From assembly GCA_947053925.1 (NCBI GenBank), contig CAMRUG010000002.1, positions 174,003 through 238,002 of the forward strand: DNA of 64,000 nt, in the 5' to 3' direction. Both the position numbers and the translations under genes were made by a program. Below, one piece after another: positions 55,578-64,000 of this stretch (the stretch's first letter is position 1; each line of letters begins with the position of its first letter). This DNA comes from an uncultured Clostridia bacterium. GTDB lineage: Bacteria; Bacillota; Clostridia; Christensenellales; CAG-314. The notes under the pieces are model-generated. The model saw nothing but the letters and a program-made list of their open reading frames with translations, was not told the origin of the DNA and did no database searches.

Positions 55578-56719
55578 TACAATACTCCGTTAGCGCAAGT
55601 TATTGCTATCAAAACTAATATGCAAAGCATGAACGCAACTGCGCAAATTAGTACGGCTAAAAAAGTTAACGTCTTGCTTACTCCGCCAAGTACACGCACA
55701 TACTTTTCGTCAACTATCGGCTCGCATATTGCCGCAACTCCTTGCAATCCTAAATTTACACACAAAATACTAATCAGCGGCTGAGCTACCGTTAACAAAA
55801 GGATAAGCAACGTAACCGCTCCGAAAGCATTTTTTATAAGTGAAGTACTAGCGACAACCATATCAAATCCGTCTGCAAGGTACCCGCCTAAAATAGGAAT
55901 ATAACTTTTAGTGGCAAATTTTGCCGCCCTAAAAGAAACACCGTCTATTGCCATAGCGGAAATACCTTGAACGGAAGTAAACGCAGAATATATCATAAAG
56001 ACTATTCCCAAAATCCAAGTCGAAGAAGAAGTAAGAAAGGAAGACATTTTTCCGACCTTAACATTAGAAGAAAAATTGCTGACTATAGCGAAAATCAAAG
56101 CGAATATCGACAGCGGCATAATAATGTTTTGAACGACTTTTATTACAACTGTCGAAAACATTATCATTGATGGCTGACAAACGCTAGATATTGTATTGCC
56201 TCCGTTAGCCAAAATCAAAGTAAGTAAAATCGGCATAGACACTTCCGCTATTGTGCCGACTTTAAACAACAGTTCATATACTTGCCTATAAGATCGCACT
56301 ATCAATGAAAGTACCGACATCAATACGACTGCCAGACCCACAAATGAAACAACGTCGTCCGTACCTTGTGAAATTAGTCCTCCCGAAGTTTTGCGTATAA
56401 GCCCCATTATAACCATCACGACAAAAATTGCAGACAACTCCGGCAGCAAACTTTTTAATCCGTCGCTCATCAAAGAAACAAGCAATTGTAAAAATGTTTG
56501 TGCGTCGTCATATTCACCGCTAATTATTTTTTTAACTTTATCGGCAACACTCCCTATAAAATCAAAACCTATTTCGTCCACTTTGGAAAAGTCTATCTTA
56601 TCAATACCATCCGATACTTCTTGTTCCAAATCATCGATTACGTCTGCAAAAGCACAGACAGGCGAACAACACAGCATCAAAACGATTAAAACAACAATAA
56701 CTAAAACCGTTTTTTTCAT
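55577..56719 (-). CDS. spoIIIAE: Stage III sporulation protein AE
   Basis: Signal peptide plus about 7 TM helices. Start MKKTVLVIV at 56719 forms an ATGA overlap with spoIIIAD. Operon position supports the call. Confidence 0.88.
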   Translation of the reverse strand: MKKTVLVIVVLIVLMLCCSPVCAFADVIDDLEQEVSDGIDKIDFSKVDEIGFDFIGSVADKVKKIISGEYDDAQTFLQLLVSLMSDGLKSLLPELSAIFVVMVIMGLIRKTSGGLISQGTDDVVSFVGLAVVLMSVLSLIVRSYRQVYELLFKVGTIAEVSMPILLTLILANGGNTISSVCQPSMIMFSTVVIKVVQNIIMPLSIFALIFAIVSNFSSNVKVGKMSSFLTSSSTWILGIVFMIYSAFTSVQGISAMAIDGVSFRAAKFATKSYIPILGGYLADGFDMVVASTSLIKNAFGAVTLLILLLTVAQPLISILCVNLGLQGVAAICEPIVDEKYVRVLGGVSKTLTFLAVLICAVAFMLCILVLIAITCANGVL

Positions 56720-57102
56720 ACTGCTATACCCTTTATAATACCGAATAATTTTTCGATTATCGGTAACGCACAAATCACTATCGCTATTTTAGAGGCTAAA
56801 AGCACTTTGTCGCCTATACTTTTGCAATTAGAATCAACGCAAATATTATTTGTGAATTCTGCAAGATAACCGATACCTACAACCTTTATAACGCAGGAGA
56901 TCGCTTCCGAATCCACATTCGCTTCCTGCGAAAAATTGTAAAAGGTGTAAACCAAATCGTACAGTTTATCGCAAAGCATACTGAGTATAACTACAGAAGC
57001 CCCGATTGTTAACGGTAATGCTAATTCTTTATTCAGTTGGCGTACAACCAATATTGCCACAACAGAAAGTATTGCAATAATGGATAATTTTAAAAAATCC
57101 AT
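56716..57102 (-). CDS. spoIIIAD: Stage III sporulation protein AD
   Basis: 128-aa four-TM protein (KVVGIGYLAEFTNNICVDSNCKSIG), plus operon position. Confidence 0.88.
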   Translation of the reverse strand: MDFLKLSIIAILSVVAILVVRQLNKELALPLTIGASVVILSMLCDKLYDLVYTFYNFSQEANVDSEAISCVIKVVGIGYLAEFTNNICVDSNCKSIGDKVLLASKIAIVICALPIIEKLFGIIKGIAV

Positions 57103-57104
57103 AA

Positions 57105-57311
57105 CTAAAAATTAAAAAGAGCTTTTAGAGTTTCGTAGAGTTGCGCAATCGTATCCAGCATCATTATCAAAGCAACAACCAATCCGACAATAGATACAAC
57201 CGTAGCAATCTCGTCTTTGCCGGCACGTTTTAGCAGCATCCCTGCAATTGCAGTGATTATGCCTACTATTGCTATTTTAATAATTATCATAATATCCATA
57301 TCAATCACCAC
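57105..57311 (-). CDS. spoIIIAC: Stage III sporulation protein AC
   Basis: 68-aa two-TM protein that is collinear with B. subtilis SpoIIIAC. A GTG start at 57311 or an ATG at 57299 is possible. Confidence 0.85.
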   Translation of the reverse strand: MVIDMDIMIIIKIAIVGIITAIAGMLLKRAGKDEIATVVSIVGLVVALIMMLDTIAQLYETLKALFNF

Positions 57312-57760
57312 TAAATAAGAAGAATACCGACAATCGCCCCTATTAAAGCACCTACTTTACTATATACAGAAGACTTGGCGACTTCCTGCTCTTTAACAAA
57401 TTTAATATCTTCCGACAAAACTTTTTCGAAAAATTCAATATGATTAGAAAGCTGCTCGGAACTAACGCATACGAGATTACCGAAAAATTCTTCCAGATTT
57501 TTTCTTTGTGCTGTACCAACTTTGCATTTAAGTTTATTGTCGTTTAAATATTCGGCAAAAACTTTAGAACAATTTTCACTAAAGTTCCGGTTAAACTTGT
57601 CCAACTCCAACTGCTTGCCTACCACGTTTTCTTTTAATAACGAGATGTATTTGCGCAGATCTTGGTAAAAGTTATTCTTATCCAATACACGTTTTTCTAT
57701 ATACTTTCCGCATAGATAACCGCACAAAGTGCAAGCAATTAGTATTACTATGTCTATCAT
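57311..57760 (-). CDS. spoIIIAB: Stage III sporulation protein AB
   Basis: 149 aa with an N-terminal and a C-terminal TM helix flanking a helical cytoplasmic domain, plus operon position. Confidence 0.82.
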   Translation of the reverse strand: MIDIVILIACTLCGYLCGKYIEKRVLDKNNFYQDLRKYISLLKENVVGKQLELDKFNRNFSENCSKVFAEYLNDNKLKCKVGTAQRKNLEEFFGNLVCVSSEQLSNHIEFFEKVLSEDIKFVKEQEVAKSSVYSKVGALIGAIVGILLI

Positions 57761-57783
57761 ATTATTGTATAATTGAACAACAA

Positions 57784-58662
57784 TCAGTATTGTTCATATT
57801 TTTTGCAGTCAATTATATTGACTGAGAAGTCTTTTTGAAGCGAAACTGCTTTATCAAAACTTTTATGCAAGATGTCGAACCTATTGATAAAATCATTGTA
57901 ATCATATCCGTGCGCGCTGCAAATTATCTTTATGCCCGAACTGGCAGTTTTCTCGATATAGTCGGAATCTTTATCGGAAATTTCATCACAAACAATATAA
58001 TCAGGCGACAATGCTCTTACCCCCACTTCAAATGCATACGACTTGCTTGTCCACTTAAGTACATCCACATTTGACGTTTGCAAGATTTTATCGCTAAAGA
58101 ACAATTCTCCGCGTTCATCAACCGCCAGTACATTACTTTCCTGCGACAACTTGATTGCCAAATCACGCAAGAAAGTCGTCTTACCGCTTGCAGGAGGGCC
58201 AATCACAATGGTATTACTGTTTGCCAGTATACCTAGCGTACTCTCGTCTACGCAAGAAATCATATGCGGCACCCTAAAACAAAGAGAAGTATACTTTTGA
58301 AAAATGTTTTTATCTTTACCGAATACACTACCGCAAACACCGACTCTTACGCCGTCATCCAGAGTAAAAAAACCGTTTGCCAGTGTTTTCTCATAAGCGT
58401 AAACCGACTTATTACAGGCCGTGGTTACAATTTCATCACATACATTATCCGACATAACGATAGCATTCGTTTCTTTGGACAAAAATGCTTTCGTTCCTAC
58501 GTAATACCAAATCCCGCCTGTATTTATCCGCACCGGTCGGTTATTCCGCACACGAATCTCGCGAATATCTTTAATATTGCATATTGCTTCTGAAATAATA
58601 TCGGGCAGACATTCAAGCATTTTCATACAATATACTATTGGACAAGCGTTAATATTATGCAA
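57784..58662 (-). CDS. spoIIIAA: Stage III sporulation protein AA (secretion-type ATPase)
   Basis: Walker A GPPASGKTTFLRD and Walker B-like YIVCDEI. It is the first gene of the spoIIIA operon. The start is uncertain (internal MKMLECL is possible). Confidence 0.88.
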   Translation of the reverse strand: MHNINACPIVYCMKMLECLPDIISEAICNIKDIREIRVRNNRPVRINTGGIWYYVGTKAFLSKETNAIVMSDNVCDEIVTTACNKSVYAYEKTLANGFFTLDDGVRVGVCGSVFGKDKNIFQKYTSLCFRVPHMISCVDESTLGILANSNTIVIGPPASGKTTFLRDLAIKLSQESNVLAVDERGELFFSDKILQTSNVDVLKWTSKSYAFEVGVRALSPDYIVCDEISDKDSDYIEKTASSGIKIICSAHGYDYNDFINRFDILHKSFDKAVSLQKDFSVNIIDCKKYEQY

Positions 58663-59148
58663 ACTAATCTATTTATCCTAATTTTTACTTTAAACATAAC
58701 ACTCGATTAGACAAGAAAAGTTTAATTAAAAAATAAATACAAAATTCAAACATTTTTATATACTTACACTATTAAAAAATAACAATACTATATTGATTTT
58801 AATAATTCTGAAGCGCGTACTTATAAAAGTAAATTTTAACAGGGATTGATGTTATACTCTGCGCGAATATTTTTTGTCAATACGGTAACGCATATTCTTA
58901 TCGCGATTTATAGTTATAATCGGTATGTGTATGATGCCATATACTGCTACTTCTAAGCGTGCAGTGAGCAATGTTCGTTCTGTTTTAATCTCACAAAGTT
59001 TTATTGCAGCCGTTTTTTTTATGGCATTTGCTTATACTGTTTCAAATCTAAAAAAACTTGACAGAAGATTCGCTTTGCTAAAACAAAAGAATTCGGTACA
59101 GATAAACATTGATTAAAACAACACCACTGTTTACAACATTCGTTTCAC

Positions 59149-59184
59149 AAAAAAATAACGCAATTGTACAAAACAATTGCGTTA
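59149..59184 (-). terminator. efp terminator
   Basis: Minus strand: perfect 10-bp stem AACGCAAUUG/CAAUUGCGUU with a 7-nt loop, followed by AUUUUUUUG. Confidence 0.8.
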
Positions 59185-59202
59185 AATATACTCAAAAATT
59201 TA

Positions 59203-59763
59203 CTATTTTGCTCTTTCCATATATTCGCCGGTACGGGTATCGATACGGATCATATCGCCTTCGTTTACAAACATCGGTACCATCAAAGTATATCCGGTTT
59301 CTACAGTTGCGGGTTTATTGGCATTGGTTGCCGTATTGCCTGCTACAGCAGGTTCGCAATTAACGACTTGCAAAACAACGAAGTTAGGCGGTTCAACAGA
59401 AAACGCTTCTCCTTTGTAGAATTTTATTGTTGCAGTCATATTTTCCTTTAAAAACTGCAAAGCGTCTTCAACCTGACTTTTGTTAAGAGGAACTTGTTCA
59501 TACGTTTCGCTATCCATAAAGTAATAAATACCGCCGTCATTATAAAGATATTCCATCTCTTTGTTTTCAATCTTGGCAAGTTCGTATTTTTCCGACGGGT
59601 TAAAAGTTTCTTCTCTAACCGCGCCCGTTACAACGTTTTTAATTTTCGTTCTTACGAAAGCCGCTCCTTTTCCGGGTTTAACGTGCTGAAAGTCAACAAT
59701 AACGTAAATGCCGTTATTATATACAAAAGTTACGCCCTTTCTAAAATCGCCTGCTAAAATCAT
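59203..59763 (-). CDS. efp: Elongation factor P
   Basis: Starts [43 protein letters not shown] (conserved KPGKG loop). 186 aa. Confidence 0.96.
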   Translation of the reverse strand: MILAGDFRKGVTFVYNNGIYVIVDFQHVKPGKGAAFVRTKIKNVVTGAVREETFNPSEKYELAKIENKEMEYLYNDGGIYYFMDSETYEQVPLNKSQVEDALQFLKENMTATIKFYKGEAFSVEPPNFVVLQVVNCEPAVAGNTATNANKPATVETGYTLMVPMFVNEGDMIRIDTRTGEYMERAK

Positions 59764-59787
59764 TTAAATTTCCTCCTAAGGTTCATT

Positions 59788-60855
59788 CTATAAAATTATA
59801 ATATTTTTATCCGACATTGTCAAATCTATAACGCCATCTTCTTCAAATAACAACATATCTTCTATACGCACGCCTCCCAAGCCCGTAACGTATATGCCCG
59901 GTTCACAAGTAATTATCTGCCCGACATTTAACGTGTCTGACGAACGCATAGATGCATACGGCGTTTCGTGAATATCTATTCCTAAACTGTGCCCCGTACT
60001 GTGGGTAAAGTATTCTCCGTAACCGTTAGCCTTGATTATTTCTCTGCAAAATGCGTCCAACTCTTTTCCCGTCATACCCGCGTATGCGTTATTTATGCCC
60101 ATGTTCTGAGCCAAAGTAACTATATTATAAATTTTACGCAACTCTTCGTTGGGTTCTCCGACAAAAACGGTACGCGTCATATCCGAGCAATAACCGTTAA
60201 ACCTTGCGCCGAAGTCCATAGTAACGGCATCACCTGCCTCTATAACTTTGTTTGACGGATGCGCATGAGGTTTAGAAGAATTGATACCGCTAGCAACAAT
60301 CGTGTCAAAAGCCAGTCCGCTACTTCCGCGTTTTGCCATTTGATATTCCAACTCTATTGCAATATCGCGTTCCGAAACGCCTACCTTTATGTAACCGAGT
60401 ATGGAGGAAAATGCTTCGTCAGTAATAGCTTGCGCCTTTTTAATATATTCTAATTCCTGCGCAGTTTTAAAGCTTCTAACAAAATTTATATTCTTGCCGA
60501 CGCCGACAAGTTCAAAATCTGCCAAATTGTCTTTTAGGTCGTTAAAATCGGTTACAACAATTTCAGTATCTTCATACCCGACGGTTTTTACAGAATTTTC
60601 TTTAAACAATTCCGTAATCACTCCGTATGCGCTGAGCCCGTTTTCAATCTGCTTAACTTCTACGTTTTCGCTAGACAAAGATTGCGCCATTTCATAATAA
60701 CGCGGATCGGTAATAAAAACCGATTTATTATTCGGGAACAATGCAAGATAGCCGAAAGTAGAAGCAAATTCAGTGAAATAGAATCTGTTTTTTTCGCTCA
60801 TTACTAAAATAGCGTCTACACCCGACAAAGCAAACAGTCTGTCAGTATTCTTCAT
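59788..60855 (-). CDS. Xaa-Pro aminopeptidase/dipeptidase (M24B)
   Basis: Creatinase-like N-domain. M24 metal ligands are present (DFGARFNGYCSDMTRT, HSTGHSLG, EPGIY, VRIED). Confidence 0.9.
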   Translation of the reverse strand: MKNTDRLFALSGVDAILVMSEKNRFYFTEFASTFGYLALFPNNKSVFITDPRYYEMAQSLSSENVEVKQIENGLSAYGVITELFKENSVKTVGYEDTEIVVTDFNDLKDNLADFELVGVGKNINFVRSFKTAQELEYIKKAQAITDEAFSSILGYIKVGVSERDIAIELEYQMAKRGSSGLAFDTIVASGINSSKPHAHPSNKVIEAGDAVTMDFGARFNGYCSDMTRTVFVGEPNEELRKIYNIVTLAQNMGINNAYAGMTGKELDAFCREIIKANGYGEYFTHSTGHSLGIDIHETPYASMRSSDTLNVGQIITCEPGIYVTGLGGVRIEDMLLFEEDGVIDLTMSDKNIIIL

Positions 60856-60867
60856 ATTACCTCCAAT

Positions 60868-61716
60868 TTAATCAATGCTTTCATAAAGTTGTTTCATAAT
60901 CAGCGCGTCATCTGCCTGTGTATCGTCAGATTCGCAAATAACAATCGGTTCAAGTTTATACTTTTTCATAATACTTGCAAGAGGAGAAAATTCCGGTCCG
61001 AACACGGTATCGGCAAATGTTAAATGACGGACTTCTCCGCCGTTACTATACTCTATTTTAGAAAAATGTATATGTATCTTTTTTGCGCGTTCCGAGCCCA
61101 GATTATTTATTAAATGTGTTATTATTTTCTCGTAATCTTCTGCCGTTTTTAAGCTGCCGTATGTTCTTGCGTTAATGTGCCCGAAGTCAATTGTAGGAAT
61201 AAAGAAATCGGCAATTTTGCAAAACTCGGTAACTTCTTCTACGTCCCCGATTTGGTTTATTTTGCCCATAGTTTCAGGACAGAATAAACAGTCGTCCATT
61301 TTGTTTTCTACTATCAAATCCGCAAGTCTTGACATTCGTTTTTTTGTCAATTCAACCGCATCTTTTCTGGTCATTTTTCCTACTGACGCAGGATGAAAAA
61401 CCACCCTATTTCCGCCGAATTCCCTAACTTTAAGACAACTTCTTAAAACATAATCGAAAGATTTTGCAGCCATTTCGTCTGACGGATTTGCAAAATTGAT
61501 ATAATACGGCGCGTGTACGGAAATTGCAACGTCAAATTCCTTGCCTTTATTACCGATTTCACGGGCCTTTTCGTCGCTGATGTTTATTCCTCTGCCAAAC
61601 GAATACTCATACGCGTTTAACCCCTGTTTTGCCAACCATTGCGGCGCATCTACAGAAGATTTAAAGCCTTCGGAATAATATCTCAACCCGTTTCCGCTAG
61701 GACCGAACCTAATCAT
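60868..61716 (-). CDS. Xylose-isomerase-like TIM-barrel protein (endonuclease IV / AP-endonuclease 2 superfamily)
   Basis: Blocks MIRFGPSGN, NAYEYSFGRG, ISVHAPYYINF, VVFHP and DFGHINA suggest the metal-binding TIM-barrel pattern. Start at 61716 (or 61737). Confidence 0.65.
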   Translation of the reverse strand: MIRFGPSGNGLRYYSEGFKSSVDAPQWLAKQGLNAYEYSFGRGINISDEKAREIGNKGKEFDVAISVHAPYYINFANPSDEMAAKSFDYVLRSCLKVREFGGNRVVFHPASVGKMTRKDAVELTKKRMSRLADLIVENKMDDCLFCPETMGKINQIGDVEEVTEFCKIADFFIPTIDFGHINARTYGSLKTAEDYEKIITHLINNLGSERAKKIHIHFSKIEYSNGGEVRHLTFADTVFGPEFSPLASIMKKYKLEPIVICESDDTQADDALIMKQLYESID

Positions 61717-62599
61717 TAAACACGCTCTCCTTATCAATTTGCAATTGGAATTTTAATTCGTCGGGCGAATTAAACCTTTTTATATCCCGCAAATACTTTG
61801 TTAACGATAACTTTATTTTCTTTCCGTATAAATCGCCGCTATAGTCTAACAAATGCGCTTCAACCGCAAAACGAGCAATTTCAAATGTAGGAGTAGCGCC
61901 TATATTGACTATACACTTAGATATAACTCCGTTATCTAAACGCGCTATACCGCCGTAAACGCCTTGCGGTAAAAACTTATCCGAATCAACCACGATATTA
62001 GCAGTAGGAAAGCCCAAAGTCTTGCCCACACCGCGTCCGTGAACAATTTCTCCCGTAAGAAAAAATGGTTCCGTTAGTAATTTATTTGCAGCACTAATCT
62101 TTTTATCTTCTAACAATCGGCGCACAAGCGTAGTACTTATTTTTTCGTTATCTATACTTATCTGCTCAACAATATCTATAGGACAAATATCCTTTAAATA
62201 ATTCTTGATGCCATCACAATCTAATCTGTCGCTACCGCAACAGTGGTCGTAACCGCAAACAACGCCCTTTAAATCGAGTTCACACAATCTATTTAAAAAT
62301 TCTTTACCGCTCCTTTGTCTAAAAGCATTGTTAAATTCCGCTCCGATTATGCAATCGACCGATAAGGACTCATATATTTTTAAACGTTCTTCAAATGTAT
62401 ACAAAACAGGCAAATTACGACCTAACACTTTTAAATGGTTGTTAGTAAAAGTAAGTAGCGCAACTTTCGCTCCCAAATGTTTAGCCCTGTCTTTGGCTAC
62501 CTCCAATAGCCTGATGTGCCCCTTGTGCATACACCCGAAGTATCCCAAGCATAAAACTATAGGGACGTTAAAATTTTCTCCAAACTTTAAAACTTTCAC
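61709..62599 (-). CDS. ribF: Bifunctional riboflavin kinase / FMN adenylyltransferase
   Basis: N-terminal FAD synthetase domain (GYFGCMHKGH) and C-terminal riboflavin kinase domain (GRGVGKTLGFPTAN, VEAHLLDYSGDLYGK). Confidence 0.93.
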   Translation of the reverse strand: MKVLKFGENFNVPIVLCLGYFGCMHKGHIRLLEVAKDRAKHLGAKVALLTFTNNHLKVLGRNLPVLYTFEERLKIYESLSVDCIIGAEFNNAFRQRSGKEFLNRLCELDLKGVVCGYDHCCGSDRLDCDGIKNYLKDICPIDIVEQISIDNEKISTTLVRRLLEDKKISAANKLLTEPFFLTGEIVHGRGVGKTLGFPTANIVVDSDKFLPQGVYGGIARLDNGVISKCIVNIGATPTFEIARFAVEAHLLDYSGDLYGKKIKLSLTKYLRDIKRFNSPDELKFQLQIDKESVFND

Positions 62600-62606
62600 T
62601 GCTCAC

Positions 62607-63464
62607 CTAAAAAGCGTTTTTCAAATAGTACTGTATCTTTAAATATCCGTCGACATTTTTACCCAAACCGAAGAAAACGTTTTTGCAATATATGCGCTTG
62701 TATCCTTCGATAAACGGACAAGCAATTTTTCTTCCGAAGTCTAAATCTTGATAACGGTCATCCGGCAAATCTAATCTTTCGATATCTCTCAAAGGATACT
62801 CGATATCTAAAAGAGCAGATTCTTTTAAGTCGCAAATTTCATCCAACGTTAGAGCGTTGCCAATATCAAAGCAACCCGACCTGAGCCTAATAAGTCCGCT
62901 CATATATCCTACAGTATTACAAGCATATGCAATATCTCTAGCCAAAGAACGAATATACGTTCCCGCACTGCAAGATATATCCACAACAAAAGTATCGAGA
63001 CTTTGTTGTTTTACAAACTCAATGTCAAAGACAGTTATGCGTCTGGATTTCAGTTCTACTTCAATGCCGCTACGAGCCAATTTATAGCTACGCACGCCGC
63101 CAACAGATTTTGCCGAGTAAATAGGCGGAACTTGATCTATTTCCCCTACAAACCCGTTTAAAACGCCTTTAAATTCACATTCCGTCGGCAAATGCGAATT
63201 CGTATCGGATATAATACCGTACGAATCCAAAGTATCTGTGGTTTTGCCTAGAGTAATGAATGCTCGGTAGCATTTAACTTTATCTGTAAGAAAATCGAAT
63301 AATCGCGTCGCTTGCCCTACTGCAATCGGTAATACGCCGCTAGCCCCCGGATCGAGAGTTCCTAAGTGTCCGATTTTCTTTTCGTGCAATATATATTTCA
63401 ATTTGACTACAACATCGCTGGCTGTAGCGCCCACGGGCTTGATTACATTTAAAAAACCGTTCAT
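62607..63464 (-). CDS. truB: tRNA pseudouridine(55) synthase
   Basis: Blocks GFLNVIKPVGATASDVV, catalytic-Asp motif GHLGTLDPGASGVLP, and QVPPIYSA. Confidence 0.94.
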   Translation of the reverse strand: MNGFLNVIKPVGATASDVVVKLKYILHEKKIGHLGTLDPGASGVLPIAVGQATRLFDFLTDKVKCYRAFITLGKTTDTLDSYGIISDTNSHLPTECEFKGVLNGFVGEIDQVPPIYSAKSVGGVRSYKLARSGIEVELKSRRITVFDIEFVKQQSLDTFVVDISCSAGTYIRSLARDIAYACNTVGYMSGLIRLRSGCFDIGNALTLDEICDLKESALLDIEYPLRDIERLDLPDDRYQDLDFGRKIACPFIEGYKRIYCKNVFFGLGKNVDGYLKIQYYLKNAF

Positions 63465-64000
63465 ATCGAGTAGCCAACAGCTCGGACTATTTTTTCGATT
63501 ACGTCTTCCAAAAAGCCGGATATTTTACAACCTGCCGCATACAAATGTCCGCCGCCGCCAAATTCGGCGCAGATATCCCTTACGGAACAATTTTTACCGC
63601 GCATACTGACTTTATAATCGTTTTTAGCAAATTCGCATATACATACGCCTACTTTTGCAGTATCGATATCTATTGCATACGATACTATGCCTGACGTAAT
63701 ACTCGGATCTAATCCGAATTCGTCCAAATCCGCTTTTGTTACATAAATCAAAAACATTTGACCGTCGTAATACGAACGGATACGGGACACCACTCTTGCT
63801 TGCAATTTCGTTTCCGATAGCGTGGTATCCCTAAAAAAAGTACGGTAAACTTTTTCTATGTCTGCACCGCACCTAAAAAGGTTTCCCGCCATATCAAAGC
63901 ATTCGCCGTCGGTGTTGTTGTGCGCAAAATTTCCGGTATCGGTACACAAGCCCATATACAAATACGTTGCTAATTTGCCGTCAATTTCTATACCTGATTC
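63461..64000 (-). CDS. DHH/DHHA1 phosphoesterase (NrnA-like oligoribonuclease/pAp phosphatase), 5' end outside window
   Basis: DHHA1 C-terminal domain with a GGGGH motif. The ORF stays open to the window edge, and TDTGNF is visible near 63940. Confidence 0.8.
   Translation of the reverse strand, partial: ESGIEIDGKLATYLYMGLCTDTGNFAHNNTDGECFDMAGNLFRCGADIEKVYRTFFRDTTLSETKLQARVVSRIRSYYDGQMFLIYVTKADLDEFGLDPSITSGIVSYAIDIDTAKVGVCICEFAKNDYKVSMRGKNCSVRDICAEFGGGGHLYAAGCKISGFLEDVIEKIVRAVGYSI

Noticed and set aside
58925-59116. A 63-aa plus-strand ORF in the efp-spoIIIAA spacer.
   Set aside because: It has no RBS, opposite orientation to all neighbours, and no recognisable motif beyond one hydrophobic stretch.
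1-64000. CRISPR arrays, rRNA genes, IS elements, prophage or recognised defence-system genes.
   Set aside because: I saw no regularly spaced direct repeats, rRNA-like sequence, transposases, or phage or defence signature proteins anywhere in the ORF track or in the spacers.

Overview
This window comes from a low-GC, spore-forming Firmicute, probably Clostridia-like. It is almost entirely core chromosome, and nearly all genes lie on the minus strand. Three blocks share gene order with Bacillus subtilis. Block 1 is miaB-mutS-mutL-miaA-(no hfq)-ynbB-like-[tyrosine recombinase]-hflX-lexA. Block 2 is thiI/cysteine desulfurase-mutS2-U32 peptidase-pheST (with a T-box leader)-yunB-spoVAC/AD/AE-scpAB-M50 protease-D-Ala-D-Ala carboxypeptidase. 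Block 3 is nrnA-like-truB-ribF-TIM-barrel-pepP-efp-spoIIIAA..AH-asp23-nusB-folD-xseAB-ispA-[~570-nt structured RNA]-small membrane protein-dxs-argR-recN-spoIVB. The plus strand carries rny, tRNA-Trp, rnhA, a SAP-domain protein, a YgjP/DUF45-like protein and a class A PBP.

The most notable locus is the ORF-free, relatively GC-rich 758-bp spacer between ispA and a four-pass membrane protein gene just upstream of dxs. Its position, size and terminal long-range helix fit an OLE (ornate large extremophilic) RNA with its partner OapA. That is a known but functionally still poorly understood ribonucleoprotein class, not a new one.

Secondary observations:
- A small EF-Tu-domain-3-like gene is broken by two -1 frameshifts, one of them in a C9 homopolymer.
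- Scrambled fragments of a ynbB-like paralog and a perfect 15-bp palindrome sit in an 880-bp spacer next to an operon-embedded tyrosine recombinase.
- Several genes expected from synteny are missing: hfq, tlyA/nadK, accBC, yqhV and spo0A.
- A PadR regulator is fused to a membrane domain.
- A YgjP-like protein has a degenerate zinc motif.
- A cysteine-rich membrane protein has TTAAC-type repeats upstream.

I saw no CRISPR array, IS element, prophage or recognisable defence system. I cannot support a claim of a wholly novel system from the sequence alone.
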